Source of the DNA: Thermostichus sp. DRC_bins_24
GTDB taxonomy: Bacteria > Cyanobacteriota > Cyanobacteriia > Thermostichales > Thermostichaceae
Length of the DNA stretch: 64,000 nucleotides
Direction: 5' to 3'
Assembly (NCBI GenBank): GCA_039794845.1
Contig: JAUQVK010000025.1
Location: 32,001-96,000 of the forward strand
In this document: in pieces, positions 9,983 to 19,724 of the stretch
How positions within the stretch are numbered: position 1 is the stretch's first letter
Layout of the letters: each line of letters begins with the position of its first letter
Program-made: the position numbers and the translations under genes
The notes under the pieces: model-generated
Told to the model about the DNA's origin: nothing
Database searches by the model: none
What the model saw: the letters and a program-made list of their open reading frames with translations, nothing else

Positions 9983-10441
9983 ATGCTGCAGAATCTTTCT
10001 CTCGAGTCGATTCCTTTGTTCTCCATTGCGGCAGCCATGTTTTTGGTTTATTTGCCAATGGGGGTCGTGGGCTATGCTCGCGCCCGTGTGGGTTACGACA
10101 TCAGTGCGCCTCGCGCCATGTTTGATAAGCTCCCTCCTTACGGGCAACGGGCGACTTGGGCCCACCAGAATGGCTTTGAGACCTTCGGTATGTTTTCGGC
10201 AGCGGCGTTGGTCGCCTACGTGACCCGGCCCCATGGGGATCCCTGGTATTTGGGCCTGAGCGGTGAGGAAGGGGTGGCCCTGCTGTGTGGGGTTTTTCTG
10301 GTGGCACGGCTATTTTACAACCTCTGCTACATTGCCGATATTCCCATCGGGCGGTCGCTGTCGTTTCTGGCGGGATCCCTGGCCACGTTGGGGCTGTTGT
10401 TGATCAGTTTGTTGCCGTTGCTCCAGCCGGGATTGGCCTAG
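9983..10441 (+). CDS. MAPEG family membrane protein
   Basis: QRATWAHQNGFETF, FLVARLFY. Confidence 0.92.
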   Translation: MLQNLSLESIPLFSIAAAMFLVYLPMGVVGYARARVGYDISAPRAMFDKLPPYGQRATWAHQNGFETFGMFSAAALVAYVTRPHGDPWYLGLSGEEGVALLCGVFLVARLFYNLCYIADIPIGRSLSFLAGSLATLGLLLISLLPLLQPGLA

Positions 10442-10442
10442 T

Positions 10443-11717
10443 TCAGGAAAGTGCAGATCTTGAGGGATCCGATTTGACTTCGCCTTGGGAATCCCGGGTT
10501 GGGTTCTGGGCTTTGAGGGCGCGCAGCACCTCGTAGCACGCTCCCATGGTGTGGTAGTCGGTTTTGCCGGCGGGGCTTTTCAGGTCGTCGTATCTCTGGT
10601 TGGTGCGGTTCAGAATGCGGTACCAAGCCCCCCACCGATGATCCACCAAATGCTGCCAACTGTAGGCCCAGAGGCGGTCGTACCACTGCCAATAGCCGGG
10701 ATCCCCTGTCCGTAGAGCCAACAGGGCTGCTGCCGCCAACGACTCCGCCTGTACCCAGAAGTATTTGTCGCCGTCGCAAACCTTGCCCTCCAGATCCAAC
10801 CCGTAGCAGAGCCCGCCATACTCGGGATCCCAGGCCAATTGCACAGCGCGGTCAAACAAAAATTGGGCACGGGAAAGCCCATTCATCTGCGGAGCATAGC
10901 GTTCCAGAATCAACAGCAGCTTGGCCCATTCCGTTTGGTGGCCAGGTTGATATCCCCAGGGGCGAAACAGGTGGCGGGGATCCGAGCGGTTGTAATTCCA
11001 ATCGGGATCCCAGTTGGGGTCATAGTGCTCCCAGATCAGCCCCAGCGGGGAAAGAGCCGCCTGCCGCTCACAAAGGTTATGGGCTAGGGTGAGGGCCCGC
11101 TCCAGGTAACGCCCGTCTTGGGTGGCCTCATAGGCGGCGATCAGAGCCTCGCAGGTGTGCATGTTGGCGTTTTGGCCGCGGTAGGGGGAAAGGGATCCCC
11201 AGTCGGCAGTAAATTCATCGGCGTACAGGCCGTCGGCTTCTGACCAAAAGTGCTCCTCCATCAGGGTGAAGGTTTCTGCCAGATAGTCCCCACAGTGGGG
11301 GATTCCGGCTTTAAGGCCACAGGCATAGGCCAAGAGCACAAAGGCATGGCCGTAGCAATGTAGGGTGGGATCCACCACCTCTGGGCCCCGTAACATCCAG
11401 GCATACCCACCTGAGGCCTGGCGATGCCTCTCCCGCAAAAACCGGATCCCATGCTCCGCCCAGTGGCGGTACTCCGAGTTTTGGAAATACACCGCCGCCA
11501 TGGCGTAGTTGAAGACAAAACGGGTGCTGCTCACCAAGTGGCGGGTTTCGCGGTCGTAAAGGCTGCCATCCTCCCGAAAGTGCTGGAAAAAGCCCCCTTG
11601 CTCGTCAATGCAGCGGGGATGATAAAACGCCAGGGTTTGGCGAATGTGGTCTTCGAGAAAACGGGGATCCCAGTCGCGGTAGCGTTGCGGAGCAACAACG
11701 TTGGGGAGAGGAGGCAT
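10443..11717 (-). CDS. AGE-family epimerase/isomerase (mannose isomerase-like)
   Basis: RHLVSSTRF, YGHAF, QNANMH, QPGHQTEW, FWVQAE, DYH. Confidence 0.92.
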   Translation of the reverse strand: MPPLPNVVAPQRYRDWDPRFLEDHIRQTLAFYHPRCIDEQGGFFQHFREDGSLYDRETRHLVSSTRFVFNYAMAAVYFQNSEYRHWAEHGIRFLRERHRQASGGYAWMLRGPEVVDPTLHCYGHAFVLLAYACGLKAGIPHCGDYLAETFTLMEEHFWSEADGLYADEFTADWGSLSPYRGQNANMHTCEALIAAYEATQDGRYLERALTLAHNLCERQAALSPLGLIWEHYDPNWDPDWNYNRSDPRHLFRPWGYQPGHQTEWAKLLLILERYAPQMNGLSRAQFLFDRAVQLAWDPEYGGLCYGLDLEGKVCDGDKYFWVQAESLAAAALLALRTGDPGYWQWYDRLWAYSWQHLVDHRWGAWYRILNRTNQRYDDLKSPAGKTDYHTMGACYEVLRALKAQNPTRDSQGEVKSDPSRSALS

Positions 11718-11776
11718 CGGGTCTTTAGAGCAGGTGAATCTCTTGTGATGGTCTCATGATGATCTCACGGGATGAC

Positions 11777-12802
11777 TTAGCTTGCGGGCCAAACCGAGGC
11801 CAAAGCCACCCCGGCCCTGTGGGCGACGACCGCCCCGACAGCCTCTAGGTAGGATCCCACCTGCACATGAGGGATCCCCAATTGGCGCGGATGCACCTGC
11901 ATCAGTGTGGTATTTTCCGCAACCGCGATGAAGAGGGGTGGGCGGGAGCGGCTGGCCAAATGCAACAGGCCCGGCCCCCCAAAAGCGGTTGCTGGAGCAA
12001 TGACGCTATCCACCTGCTCGGCCTGAAGATCTCCCGGCTGGGGGGAATCGGAACGGCTTACGAACCGGGGGGCGTAACTGAGCCCTGCCAAAACCGAAGG
12101 CAAAAAGGTAAACCCCACCTCTTCTGCAGCGGCGCGGGGATGAACAGGCTTGGGTTGGGTCTCTGCGTAAAAGGCCGGGGCATGGGCACAGGGGATCCGC
12201 AACTCCCGTACCACCAGATGGCTGATGATCGCCTCGACCCCCGCCAAGGGATCCACCCCCACCCCCTGCTCGTATTGGCTGAAATCCAGATCATCCGGGA
12301 AGCGTGCCACCACCGCAATCGCCTCTGCCCCTGCATTCAACAGGTCTTTGGCGGCTGCCAAGAGCACCTCAGGATGGGCCAAGGAGCCCTGGCTGGCTCC
12401 AGAAGGGGAATGGCCGAGGGATAGGCCCAAGGGCCGGCTTGTCACACGCCAAGGGCCGATGTCCAACCCCAGCGTGGCTTGAGCGGCTTGCATCACCTGG
12501 ATCTGTCGTTGCTGCAGATCGGCAGGGATCCCGGCATCCAGCACTACCCCAACACAGTTTTGCCGCACGGGCCGCAGGTTCCAGCTCCCGGCACAGAACT
12601 GGTCAAGGCCATACCCTTCCACGTAGAGTACATTCCTCAGCGGCCAAAACAAGCTGGCTCCGTTCAACACATTCGGATGGGTGAGCACCCGTTCAGCCGC
12701 CGCTGCCAACATGCGGGCAATGGGCAACGCGTCTCCGGCGAAGCCCCCAATACGGGCTCCGATACCGGTAGGAATGAGCAGTAGGGTGGTGTAGGGGTTC
12801 AA
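11777..12802 (-). CDS. DUF3326-domain protein
   Basis: IPTGIGARIGGFAGDA, THPNVLNG, YVEGY, DPLAGVEAIISH, HPRAAAEE. Confidence 0.9.
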   Translation of the reverse strand: MNPYTTLLLIPTGIGARIGGFAGDALPIARMLAAAAERVLTHPNVLNGASLFWPLRNVLYVEGYGLDQFCAGSWNLRPVRQNCVGVVLDAGIPADLQQRQIQVMQAAQATLGLDIGPWRVTSRPLGLSLGHSPSGASQGSLAHPEVLLAAAKDLLNAGAEAIAVVARFPDDLDFSQYEQGVGVDPLAGVEAIISHLVVRELRIPCAHAPAFYAETQPKPVHPRAAAEEVGFTFLPSVLAGLSYAPRFVSRSDSPQPGDLQAEQVDSVIAPATAFGGPGLLHLASRSRPPLFIAVAENTTLMQVHPRQLGIPHVQVGSYLEAVGAVVAHRAGVALASVWPAS

Positions 12803-12875
12803 AGTACCAAATGCGCCCAAAGACAGGGGTGAAACCTCTCTTGGTCGCCCCTTCGGCGGGCTCAGTGTTCATCGA

Positions 12876-13142
12876 TCATCGTTTATCGATCATCTTCCGG
12901 GAGCTTTGGCGACGTTTCTCCAACCAGCCCCAAACCCCACTCAACAGCGCCCCAACCATCAGGATCCCCAAGGCGGGTTGAAACAAAGGCAACCACAACC
13001 GCATCCAAAGTTTATAGCCCAACGGGATTCCGATGAATGCTCCCGTCACCGAAAAGACAAACCAAACAAACCCGACAAACACCAGAAAGACAACGGCAAC
13101 CAGGAGGTTATCCAGCCAGCGCTTGAGCTCAGAGGAAGTCAT
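12876..13142 (-). CDS. Small 2-TM hypothetical protein
   Basis: Two hydrophobic helices; LWLPLFQPALGILM. Confidence 0.75.
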   Translation of the reverse strand: MTSSELKRWLDNLLVAVVFLVFVGFVWFVFSVTGAFIGIPLGYKLWMRLWLPLFQPALGILMVGALLSGVWGWLEKRRQSSRKMIDKR

Positions 13143-13192
13143 AGGAGTTACAGGAGATCGGGGGAGAAAGAGGTGGATCCAGGCAGCGCTCC

Positions 13193-13534
13193 TCAAATCT
13201 TATCCTTTACAGGAGACAGACCCTTTCGGGATCCCCCCAGATCTTGTCGTTGGGCAACCGGTTGAATGCGATTTTGGGCGAAAATCCGCTCTACCTTGCG
13301 GCCTTCCTGCCAAAGCTGTAAGGAGAGAGGTTCTTGATGGGTTCGAGTCGGGCTGACGGTCGGCACCACCCGCAAAGAGCAAGATCCTCGCGCTTCTCTC
13401 CGAAGCCGAGGGGCGGGCTGAGGAGAAACGGCCTGTGCCACAGGTGCATCCCCTCGCAAAAAGCGCAGGTAACGTTGCAGCCAACTCTCCCGCCGCAAGG
13501 GCAACATAGGTGGATGACCCGATTCCGATTGCAT
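13193..13534 (-). CDS. Hypothetical protein divergent from the S24 repressor
   Basis: ATG preceded by a GGAGAGG RBS; no recognisable domain. Confidence 0.55.
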   Translation of the reverse strand: MQSESGHPPMLPLRRESWLQRYLRFLRGDAPVAQAVSPQPAPRLRREARGSCSLRVVPTVSPTRTHQEPLSLQLWQEGRKVERIFAQNRIQPVAQRQDLGGSRKGLSPVKDKI

Positions 13535-13660
13535 AGCCTCTCCTCAACAGAACAAATCGGCAGGACTCACCAAAAACAACCAGCCTCAACAGAGAAATTC
13601 ACTAAATCTAGCAAGTCCCGGAATCAGGGTATCCACAAATTGTCGGTCAGTCAAGATATA

Positions 13661-13684
13661 GTGGTAAAGACCTCTGCTTACCAC
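13661..13684. promoter_or_regulatory. Candidate repressor operator (inverted repeat)
   Basis: GTGGTAA-N10-TTACCAC immediately upstream of the repressor start. Confidence 0.5.
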
Positions 13685-13695
13685 AACCTATAGCG

Positions 13696-14367
13696 TTGAA
13701 CCCAATGCACTCCCCTTCCAGCTCCACCTTTGCAGCCCGCCTGCGGCAGGTGATCGGCCATGAGGCCATTTATGCGTTTGGACGCCGCGCCGGCATCAGC
13801 GACACCGCTCTGCGCAGCTACCTGAAGGGATCCGTTCCCAGCATTGATAAGGCTCTGCAAATTGCCCAAGCGGGCCAGGTGAATCTCAGCTGGTTGATTA
13901 CGGGCGAGGGATCCCCGCAGTTGAATCCTGCTAAGGCCGAGACCGAGTATGTGTACGTGCCCTTTGTCGATGTGGCGGCCTCCGCCGGAACAGGGGTGCT
14001 GGTGCGGGAAGAATCGATCGAATCGGTGATTGGTTTCGAGCGCAACTGGTTGCGGACGTACTTGAAGGGAAGTCCTGCCGAACTCAGCCTGATTCGGGTG
14101 CAGGGGGATAGCATGTCCCCCACCTTGGAGGACGGGGATCTGATCTTTGTGGAACGACAAGCGGGAGAAGACAACAGCCGCGAGGGTATCTACGTCTTTC
14201 AAATGGATGGAGATTTGTTGGTCAAACGCCTACAGCGCTTGCCCGGATCCCAGATCAAGGTCATCAGCGATAACCCGCGCTTTCCCCCTTTCGTGGTGGA
14301 TTTGGCGGATCCCGCCAACGGGTTGAACCTGATCGGGCGCTACCGAGGCCGTATCAGTTTTGATTAG
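13696..14367 (+). CDS. XRE HTH + peptidase S24 (phage CI/LexA-like) repressor
   Basis: N-terminal HTH ending WLITGEG; SAG cleavage site; GDSMSP Ser; VKRL Lys; ISDN. Confidence 0.92.
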   Translation: MNPMHSPSSSTFAARLRQVIGHEAIYAFGRRAGISDTALRSYLKGSVPSIDKALQIAQAGQVNLSWLITGEGSPQLNPAKAETEYVYVPFVDVAASAGTGVLVREESIESVIGFERNWLRTYLKGSPAELSLIRVQGDSMSPTLEDGDLIFVERQAGEDNSREGIYVFQMDGDLLVKRLQRLPGSQIKVISDNPRFPPFVVDLADPANGLNLIGRYRGRISFD

Positions 14368-14485
14368 CTCAAAAGATGGGTGACAGGAGGTAAGCTTTTC
14401 CGTTAGCATTAAAGACTGCTGTAAACGCTCGGATCAGGTTCCAAGATCCACAGGTAGGTGGGCACCTGTACGGCGAGGAGAAACC

Positions 14486-14893
14486 ATGACTTATGCGATT
14501 GTTGAAACCGGTGGCAAGCAGCTTTGGGTGGAACCAGGGCGCTTTTACGATGTAGAGCGTCTACCTGAGGCCGACGAAGATAGCCCTCTGGATCTGTCTC
14601 AAGTGTTGTTGGTGAACCATGAGGGACAAGTAACCCTAGGGCATCCCTACATTTCGGAGGCGGTTGTTAAGGCCCGAGTTTTACACCATCGACGCGGCAG
14701 CAAGGTCATCGTTTACAAAATGAAGCCGAAGAAAAAGACCCGCAGGAAAAAAGGCCATCGGCAAGAATTGACCCGGGTGTTGATCGAGTCTATCGAGCTA
14801 AATGGGGTTTCCCTGGGAGCTGCAGAATCCACGGCTGAATCAACAGCCTCTGCGGAAGTGGAAACGGCAGGGATCCCTGCTGATGGGGAATAA
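14486..14893 (+). CDS. rplU: 50S ribosomal protein L21
   Basis: YAIVETGGKQ, KKGHRQELT. Confidence 0.98.
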   Translation: MTYAIVETGGKQLWVEPGRFYDVERLPEADEDSPLDLSQVLLVNHEGQVTLGHPYISEAVVKARVLHHRRGSKVIVYKMKPKKKTRRKKGHRQELTRVLIESIELNGVSLGAAESTAESTASAEVETAGIPADGE

Positions 14894-14957
14894 AACCTCA
14901 AAGCAGCACTCATTTTTTTCAGTGAAGACATAAGGACAAAGTTGCTCAGGAGGCGTT

Positions 14958-15239
14958 ATGGCTCACAAGAAAGGGACAGGCAGTACCCGCAACGGGCGTG
15001 ACTCCAATGCCAAACGGCTTGGGGTGAAGCGCTACGGCGGCGAACTGGTTCATCCTGGTCACATCCTGGTGAGACAGCGAGGAACCAAGTTTCACCCAGG
15101 AGTCAATGTGCGCATCGGCGGAGACGATACCCTCTTCTCGGTGGTGAGTGGCATTGTTACTTTCGAGCACTACGGCAAGCGTCGGCAGAAAGTCAGTGTC
15201 TATCCGGTTGAGGCCGCTACTGAAGTAATGGAGAAGTAA
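14958..15239 (+). CDS. rpmA: 50S ribosomal protein L27
   Basis: [24 protein letters not shown]. Confidence 0.99.
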   Translation: MAHKKGTGSTRNGRDSNAKRLGVKRYGGELVHPGHILVRQRGTKFHPGVNVRIGGDDTLFSVVSGIVTFEHYGKRRQKVSVYPVEAATEVMEK

Positions 15240-15389
15240 TGGAGTAATGGCGGATCCCTGAAGTGTCTTGATTACCCCTTGGGAGCCTTTTATACCCGCC
15301 TCCTTGACGATTCTCATCACAATCTGGGCATGATCAAGGAGAGACAGGTACGGGCCCTCTGACCTGCAGGTTGTTTCCTGAGAAAGCTT

Positions 15390-16889
15390 GTGTGGGAGAT
15401 GAAGCCGATGCGGCTGCATCTGTTTCGCTGGGTGGGGTTGCTTCACCTGATCATGGGGGTGATGTACCTTTACTGGCGGTTGACGGCGGGCTTGACCGGT
15501 TTTGGTTCCTTTCTGTTCTGGATGGCGGAACTGTTCGTCTGGGTGGCAGCGGTCGGTTTTTCTTTGAGTCGTTTCCCTCGAGAATTTGTATTTGTTCCGG
15601 AGCCGGAGGCAGTACAGCAGGCCTTCTTTCAGATGCCGCGGGTGGATGTCTTGGTGATGCGTTGCTGGGACTCGCCAGAGGCCACGCGACAGACAGTCCT
15701 GGCGGCTCTGCGCCTCAACTATCCCTGGGATCGGCTGTTCGTTCATGTTGTCGATCTGGCCGAAGATGAGGAGATGGCCAAGGTGGCTCGGGCCGTTCCC
15801 TGCGAGTACTGGGCTTGCCCGGACCCAACTGTGGATCCCTTGGCCTACGTTCTGCAATTGGAGCAGGTCAAAGGAGACTATTTTCTACTCTTGGATCCCG
15901 GTCAGTTTCCTGAGCCCAATTTGCTGTTTCAGACACTGCCCCTCTTTTTCGACTCCCCAGAACGCGCCCCCATTGCCAACCGCACGGGCTTTGTGCAGGT
16001 GATGTTGCGAACCCTTGGCCGGCCAAGAGCCGTTCACCCGCTGCAGCAGGTTTTGGCGGTGGGATCCCGAGGTTATCACGCGGCACCGCTGTTGGGATCC
16101 GGCTGCGTTGTGCGGCGGCAAGCTCTCGACGGAATCCCCAACCTAGACTCTCGTAAACCGGTGCGCTTGGGGTGCCAGATCCATCGGCAGGGGTGGGTAT
16201 CCCATCTGGTGAGGGAAACCCAGGTGACGGGGGCCCTGTTGCCTTTGCGCAATCGGCGCATTGCTTTGCTGGCTTTGTTTTCTGCCCTCAAGGAAAATCC
16301 GTTTTGGGGTGGGCAAACCAGCCAACAGCAGCGGTTTCAATACCTGTGGTTGGCCCTTTGGGGGGCGGGCGGGGTGGCAGAGCTGGCCTACCTGGCGGTG
16401 CCGATTGCCTATCTGTGGACGGGGTGGATGCCGGTACCGGCTTTTGATGGGCAGTTCTTTGCGTGGTTCTTGCCCTATGCGCTGTTGGGTCGCCTCAGTG
16501 GGTTGCTGGCCTTTCCCCCCCATCTGTGGAGGGCCGCTTGGCGGTCGGAACGGCAGACGGGCAGCCAGTTTTTTCAGTCGATTCAGGCCCTGGTTCAGTT
16601 GTTTCAGGGGGTGATCCCCGACCGAGAACAGCCGTCGCAGTTGTCGTTGGGGCCTCAGGCCCTGGCCATTTTGCTCACCCTCTCGGGGATCGGGGTGGGA
16701 TCCGTTCGCTTTGTGGGATCTTGGGATCCCGGTTGGCCTGGATTTGCCTTTGGCTTGCTTTGGGCTGTTTACAATTTGCTGATCCTGACGGTGCGCCCTG
16801 ACGATCACGATGTTGGCGGGTTTCAATTCCCCAGAAAAAGACTGGCCAATCCTCCTGCAGATCCGGTTGCGAGCCTGAAAGAGGATTGA
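15390..16889 (+). CDS. Cellulose-synthase (BcsA)-like GT2 membrane protein with degenerate catalytic motifs
   Basis: YLYWR, PRVDVLV, LNYP.DRL, GFVQ, GSGCVVRRQAL, W..YN; canonical D,D,D,QxxRW set absent. Confidence 0.8.
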   Translation: MWEMKPMRLHLFRWVGLLHLIMGVMYLYWRLTAGLTGFGSFLFWMAELFVWVAAVGFSLSRFPREFVFVPEPEAVQQAFFQMPRVDVLVMRCWDSPEATRQTVLAALRLNYPWDRLFVHVVDLAEDEEMAKVARAVPCEYWACPDPTVDPLAYVLQLEQVKGDYFLLLDPGQFPEPNLLFQTLPLFFDSPERAPIANRTGFVQVMLRTLGRPRAVHPLQQVLAVGSRGYHAAPLLGSGCVVRRQALDGIPNLDSRKPVRLGCQIHRQGWVSHLVRETQVTGALLPLRNRRIALLALFSALKENPFWGGQTSQQQRFQYLWLALWGAGGVAELAYLAVPIAYLWTGWMPVPAFDGQFFAWFLPYALLGRLSGLLAFPPHLWRAAWRSERQTGSQFFQSIQALVQLFQGVIPDREQPSQLSLGPQALAILLTLSGIGVGSVRFVGSWDPGWPGFAFGLLWAVYNLLILTVRPDDHDVGGFQFPRKRLANPPADPVASLKED

Positions 16890-17366
16890 CATCCTCTCTA
16901 CACAAATCAAACAAAAACAAAAAAGATTATGCGTGGAGATTCCCTGGGTCGCCCCAAAGATTTCCTGTCTCACAGCCAGCCGGCTAGACTGTTCGCACCG
17001 GCGTGCCCGAGGCACTGTGACCCCGGCCCCCGCCGCCCCAACTCCACAGGCATTTTCAGTTCCCCGTTGCCCACGGGTACAGACTACTTGAGCCGCTGCC
17101 ATATCACAAGGTTCGATCGACCCGCACTCAGGACAGTGGTGAACACGAGTCGAGAGATTCTTGCGAACCTCCGCCCCGCAGTCAGGATACTCCTGAGACG
17201 TACCCCTTGCATCCACCTTTACACATCCCGCTTGAAGCACACCCACGGCAAAATCCGGTTCACAAATTGCCCCAGCTCCGCATCGAGGGTGTGCTTGCCC
17301 AGCATCCCCTTGGCCATGAGGCGAAAGTCCAAGTCCTAGCATCCCTGCACTGTCACAGAGACGATG
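16886..17366 (-). mobile_element. tnpB: IS200/IS605-family tnpB 3' remnant with right end
   Basis: HRLCDSAGM / *DLDFRLMAKGMLGKHTLD / KVDARGTSQE.PDCG...HHCPECG in broken frames; subterminal hairpin and GAGGATGTCAA terminus. Confidence 0.88.
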
Positions 17367-17369
17367 AAA

Positions 17370-17530
17370 AAGATTTCATCACATCCAGCACCTCCCGCAC
17401 CATTTCCGGATCCAAGGCGGAGGTGGGCTCATCGAATAGCATGACCTGGGGCTCCATGGCCAGAGAGCGGGCGATCGCCACCCGTTGCTTTTGCCCACCC
17501 GAGAGCCGCGACGGATACACATCGGCTTCG
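17370..17530 (-). pseudogene. Fragment of a polar amino-acid ABC ATPase (GlnQ-like)
   Basis: [40 protein letters not shown] only; no Walker A and no C-terminus. Confidence 0.85.
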
Positions 17531-17696
17531 GTGCCCGTGGAACCAGTTTGGATACAAAAGCTATGCTGAAGTGTAGATCGACTCTTTGGGGCGACACATC
17601 TGTCTGTTGGTACCGAAGGGGATCCCTGGCCGGTGTGCTTTAGCCTGGCATTGCTTGCATTGCTTAAGTATGGCCTAGTGAATTCGGAACAAATCT

Positions 17697-19529
17697 GTGG
17701 AGCCAGCAAGACCGCCCCTTCGACTGATCCCCCTGGGTACGGATCCCCACCAGCAGGGTTGTGCACATTGGTTGGAGATGGGATCCCATTGCTTGCTCTT
17801 GGATTGCGGGTTGCCCGCCGCCACCCTTCTCAAGGTGTTGCCCGGGATCCCGGATGCGGTGATCTGTAGCCATGCCCACTTTGACCATTTGCAGGGGCTG
17901 CCCATCTTTCACCGTCGTTACCCGCAGGTCCCCCTTTACGCCACTCCGGTGACCGCCCATTTGGCCGGTGGCCTGTGGGAGCGCGGCATCTGGCCGGGGT
18001 ATGACCGGGATCTTCGCTTTCCCCCCTTTCGGGCACTGCCCTTGGGACAAGCACGAGAAATTTTGCCCCATCTGATGCTTACCTTCTTTGCGGCTGGGCA
18101 CCTGCCAGGGGCGGCGGTGACGCTGCTGCAAAACACCCAAATCTCTCCTGCCCAGACCTGTGTTTACAGTGGCGACTGTTCGTTGGCCTCCACCCGTTTT
18201 GCCCCCGGCTTTGATTTGACGGCCTTGCGGCATTGGCAGCCGGATTTGCTGCTGATGGAAGCCTCGCTGGGATCCACCCGATATCCTGCCCGTCGCCACC
18301 TGGAAAACCGGCTGGTGGAGCGGCTGCTGGCAGCCCTGGAGGCGGGCCAAACGGTGCTGCTTCCCTTGCCGGTTTTGGGGTTGGGACAGGAGTTGATCTT
18401 TTTGCTGAAGGCCCATCACCGCTTTACTCAATCTCTCAGGGAACTGAGGGTGTGGGTGGCCCCAGGGCTGGCGGCAGGCTGTGATCTGTACGAACGCTTG
18501 CTTGCCCAGATGCCGGAGCCGGTGCAAAATTTCGCCACCTATCAGCCTTTGTTTTGGGAAACGCGCCTACAGCCGCAGGTGCAACCCCTGACCGAGATGG
18601 ATCCCTTACCCCAGGGCCTGTTACTGTGCGATGCCGATGCCGGGCCAGAGTCTTGGGATCCCATCTGGTCGAGGGTGTTGGCCCAACCGCAGCGCTCCTG
18701 TTTGCTGGTGCACCTACCGGAGGTGAAACTGGCAACTCCCTTTGACCGTTGGCCGGCGCTGCTGCGCTCCCGCATTCAAGTGGAATCCATGACCTGGCAC
18801 AGCCACAACGATGTCGGGCACCTGACTCAAATCATTCACACCTTCCGACCGCAACACTTGGTTTTGATCCATGGCAGCCCCAAACAAGCTCAGGATTTGG
18901 CGGATCTGCCGGAGCTGTGCAATCGCTACCATGTCCACTGCCCCCAGCCCGGCCATTGGCTGGAGTTCCCCGATGGGCGCTTACAAACCCAAGTTAAGGC
19001 CCCAGAGCTGAATGGCACATCTGCTGCTGAGGTGGCGGATCCCGCTTTGCGCTATGAGGGAGAAGTGGAAGAAGTCTGGCAAGAGCAGGGATCCCCTCGG
19101 GTTCTGGCCGGGGTACAGGTACGCCTACCGGCTCAATTGACCGAAGATCCGCGCTGGTTAGCCTGGGCCGATACGGGTTTGGTGGAAGCCCGTTGGCAGG
19201 GATCCGAACTGGTACTGCGGGGTCTTTCGCCACGGGAGCTGATCCGTCCGGCAGCGGCCCCATCTGGAGGAGCATCAGGGCCACGCCCAACCCGCTCTTC
19301 TGCCCGTCTTGGCTCTGGGGGCGTTGGGGGTGCTGAGGGGGGGATGAAGTGCCAGAGTTGCCGTTTTGCCCGCCAGATCTTGACCTCCCGAACCCAATCC
19401 TTTCGCTGCGATCAGGAGCGCTCCCCCCTCTATCGCCTGACGGTGGATGCCCAGGGCACCTGCCCCTACTATCTTGCTACGCAAGGTGCGGAGCACCATC
19501 AAGCCCCGGAGATCTGCTCCTCTGGCTAA
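17697..19529 (+). CDS. MBL-fold beta-CASP ribonuclease with C-terminal Cys4 motif
   Basis: LLDCG, HAHFDH, AGHLPG, YSGD, HSH, IHG; C-terminal CQSC...C...C. Confidence 0.88.
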   Translation: MEPARPPLRLIPLGTDPHQQGCAHWLEMGSHCLLLDCGLPAATLLKVLPGIPDAVICSHAHFDHLQGLPIFHRRYPQVPLYATPVTAHLAGGLWERGIWPGYDRDLRFPPFRALPLGQAREILPHLMLTFFAAGHLPGAAVTLLQNTQISPAQTCVYSGDCSLASTRFAPGFDLTALRHWQPDLLLMEASLGSTRYPARRHLENRLVERLLAALEAGQTVLLPLPVLGLGQELIFLLKAHHRFTQSLRELRVWVAPGLAAGCDLYERLLAQMPEPVQNFATYQPLFWETRLQPQVQPLTEMDPLPQGLLLCDADAGPESWDPIWSRVLAQPQRSCLLVHLPEVKLATPFDRWPALLRSRIQVESMTWHSHNDVGHLTQIIHTFRPQHLVLIHGSPKQAQDLADLPELCNRYHVHCPQPGHWLEFPDGRLQTQVKAPELNGTSAAEVADPALRYEGEVEEVWQEQGSPRVLAGVQVRLPAQLTEDPRWLAWADTGLVEARWQGSELVLRGLSPRELIRPAAAPSGGASGPRPTRSSARLGSGGVGGAEGGMKCQSCRFARQILTSRTQSFRCDQERSPLYRLTVDAQGTCPYYLATQGAEHHQAPEICSSG

Positions 19530-19589
19530 GATCCTGGGTTGGAAAGCGCAGGTGGCCCCCCACCCCCCAACGTTAGAATGGGCCAAAGA

Positions 19590-19721
19590 TACAGCCTTTT
19601 CCGACTTTATGCGCGACATGAGGCAAAGAAGAAATCCTTGTCCGACAAAGGATTGGTCTGCATCTGCTGCAGTAGGTAAAGGACTCCGTCCCGCTGAGCG
19701 AACGCTGAAAAAAAGGCTGTA
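19590..19721. mobile_element. MITE-like element, 132 bp, with 11-bp perfect terminal inverted repeats
   Basis: TACAGCCTTTT ... AAAAGGCTGTA; internal hairpin AATCCTTGTCCGACAAAGGATT. Confidence 0.65.
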
Positions 19722-19724
19722 ACC

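Noticed and set aside
12876..14367. Prophage around the CI-like repressor
   Set aside because: No integrase, structural genes or att sites; the flanks are core genes
15224..15250. AGTAATGG repeated three times at the rpmA stop
   Set aside because: Too short and irregularly spaced; likely slippage
16143..17342. 399-aa ORF that looks like a zinc-finger fusion
   Set aside because: Chance read-through from the broken tnpB into the antisense strand of the GT2-like gene
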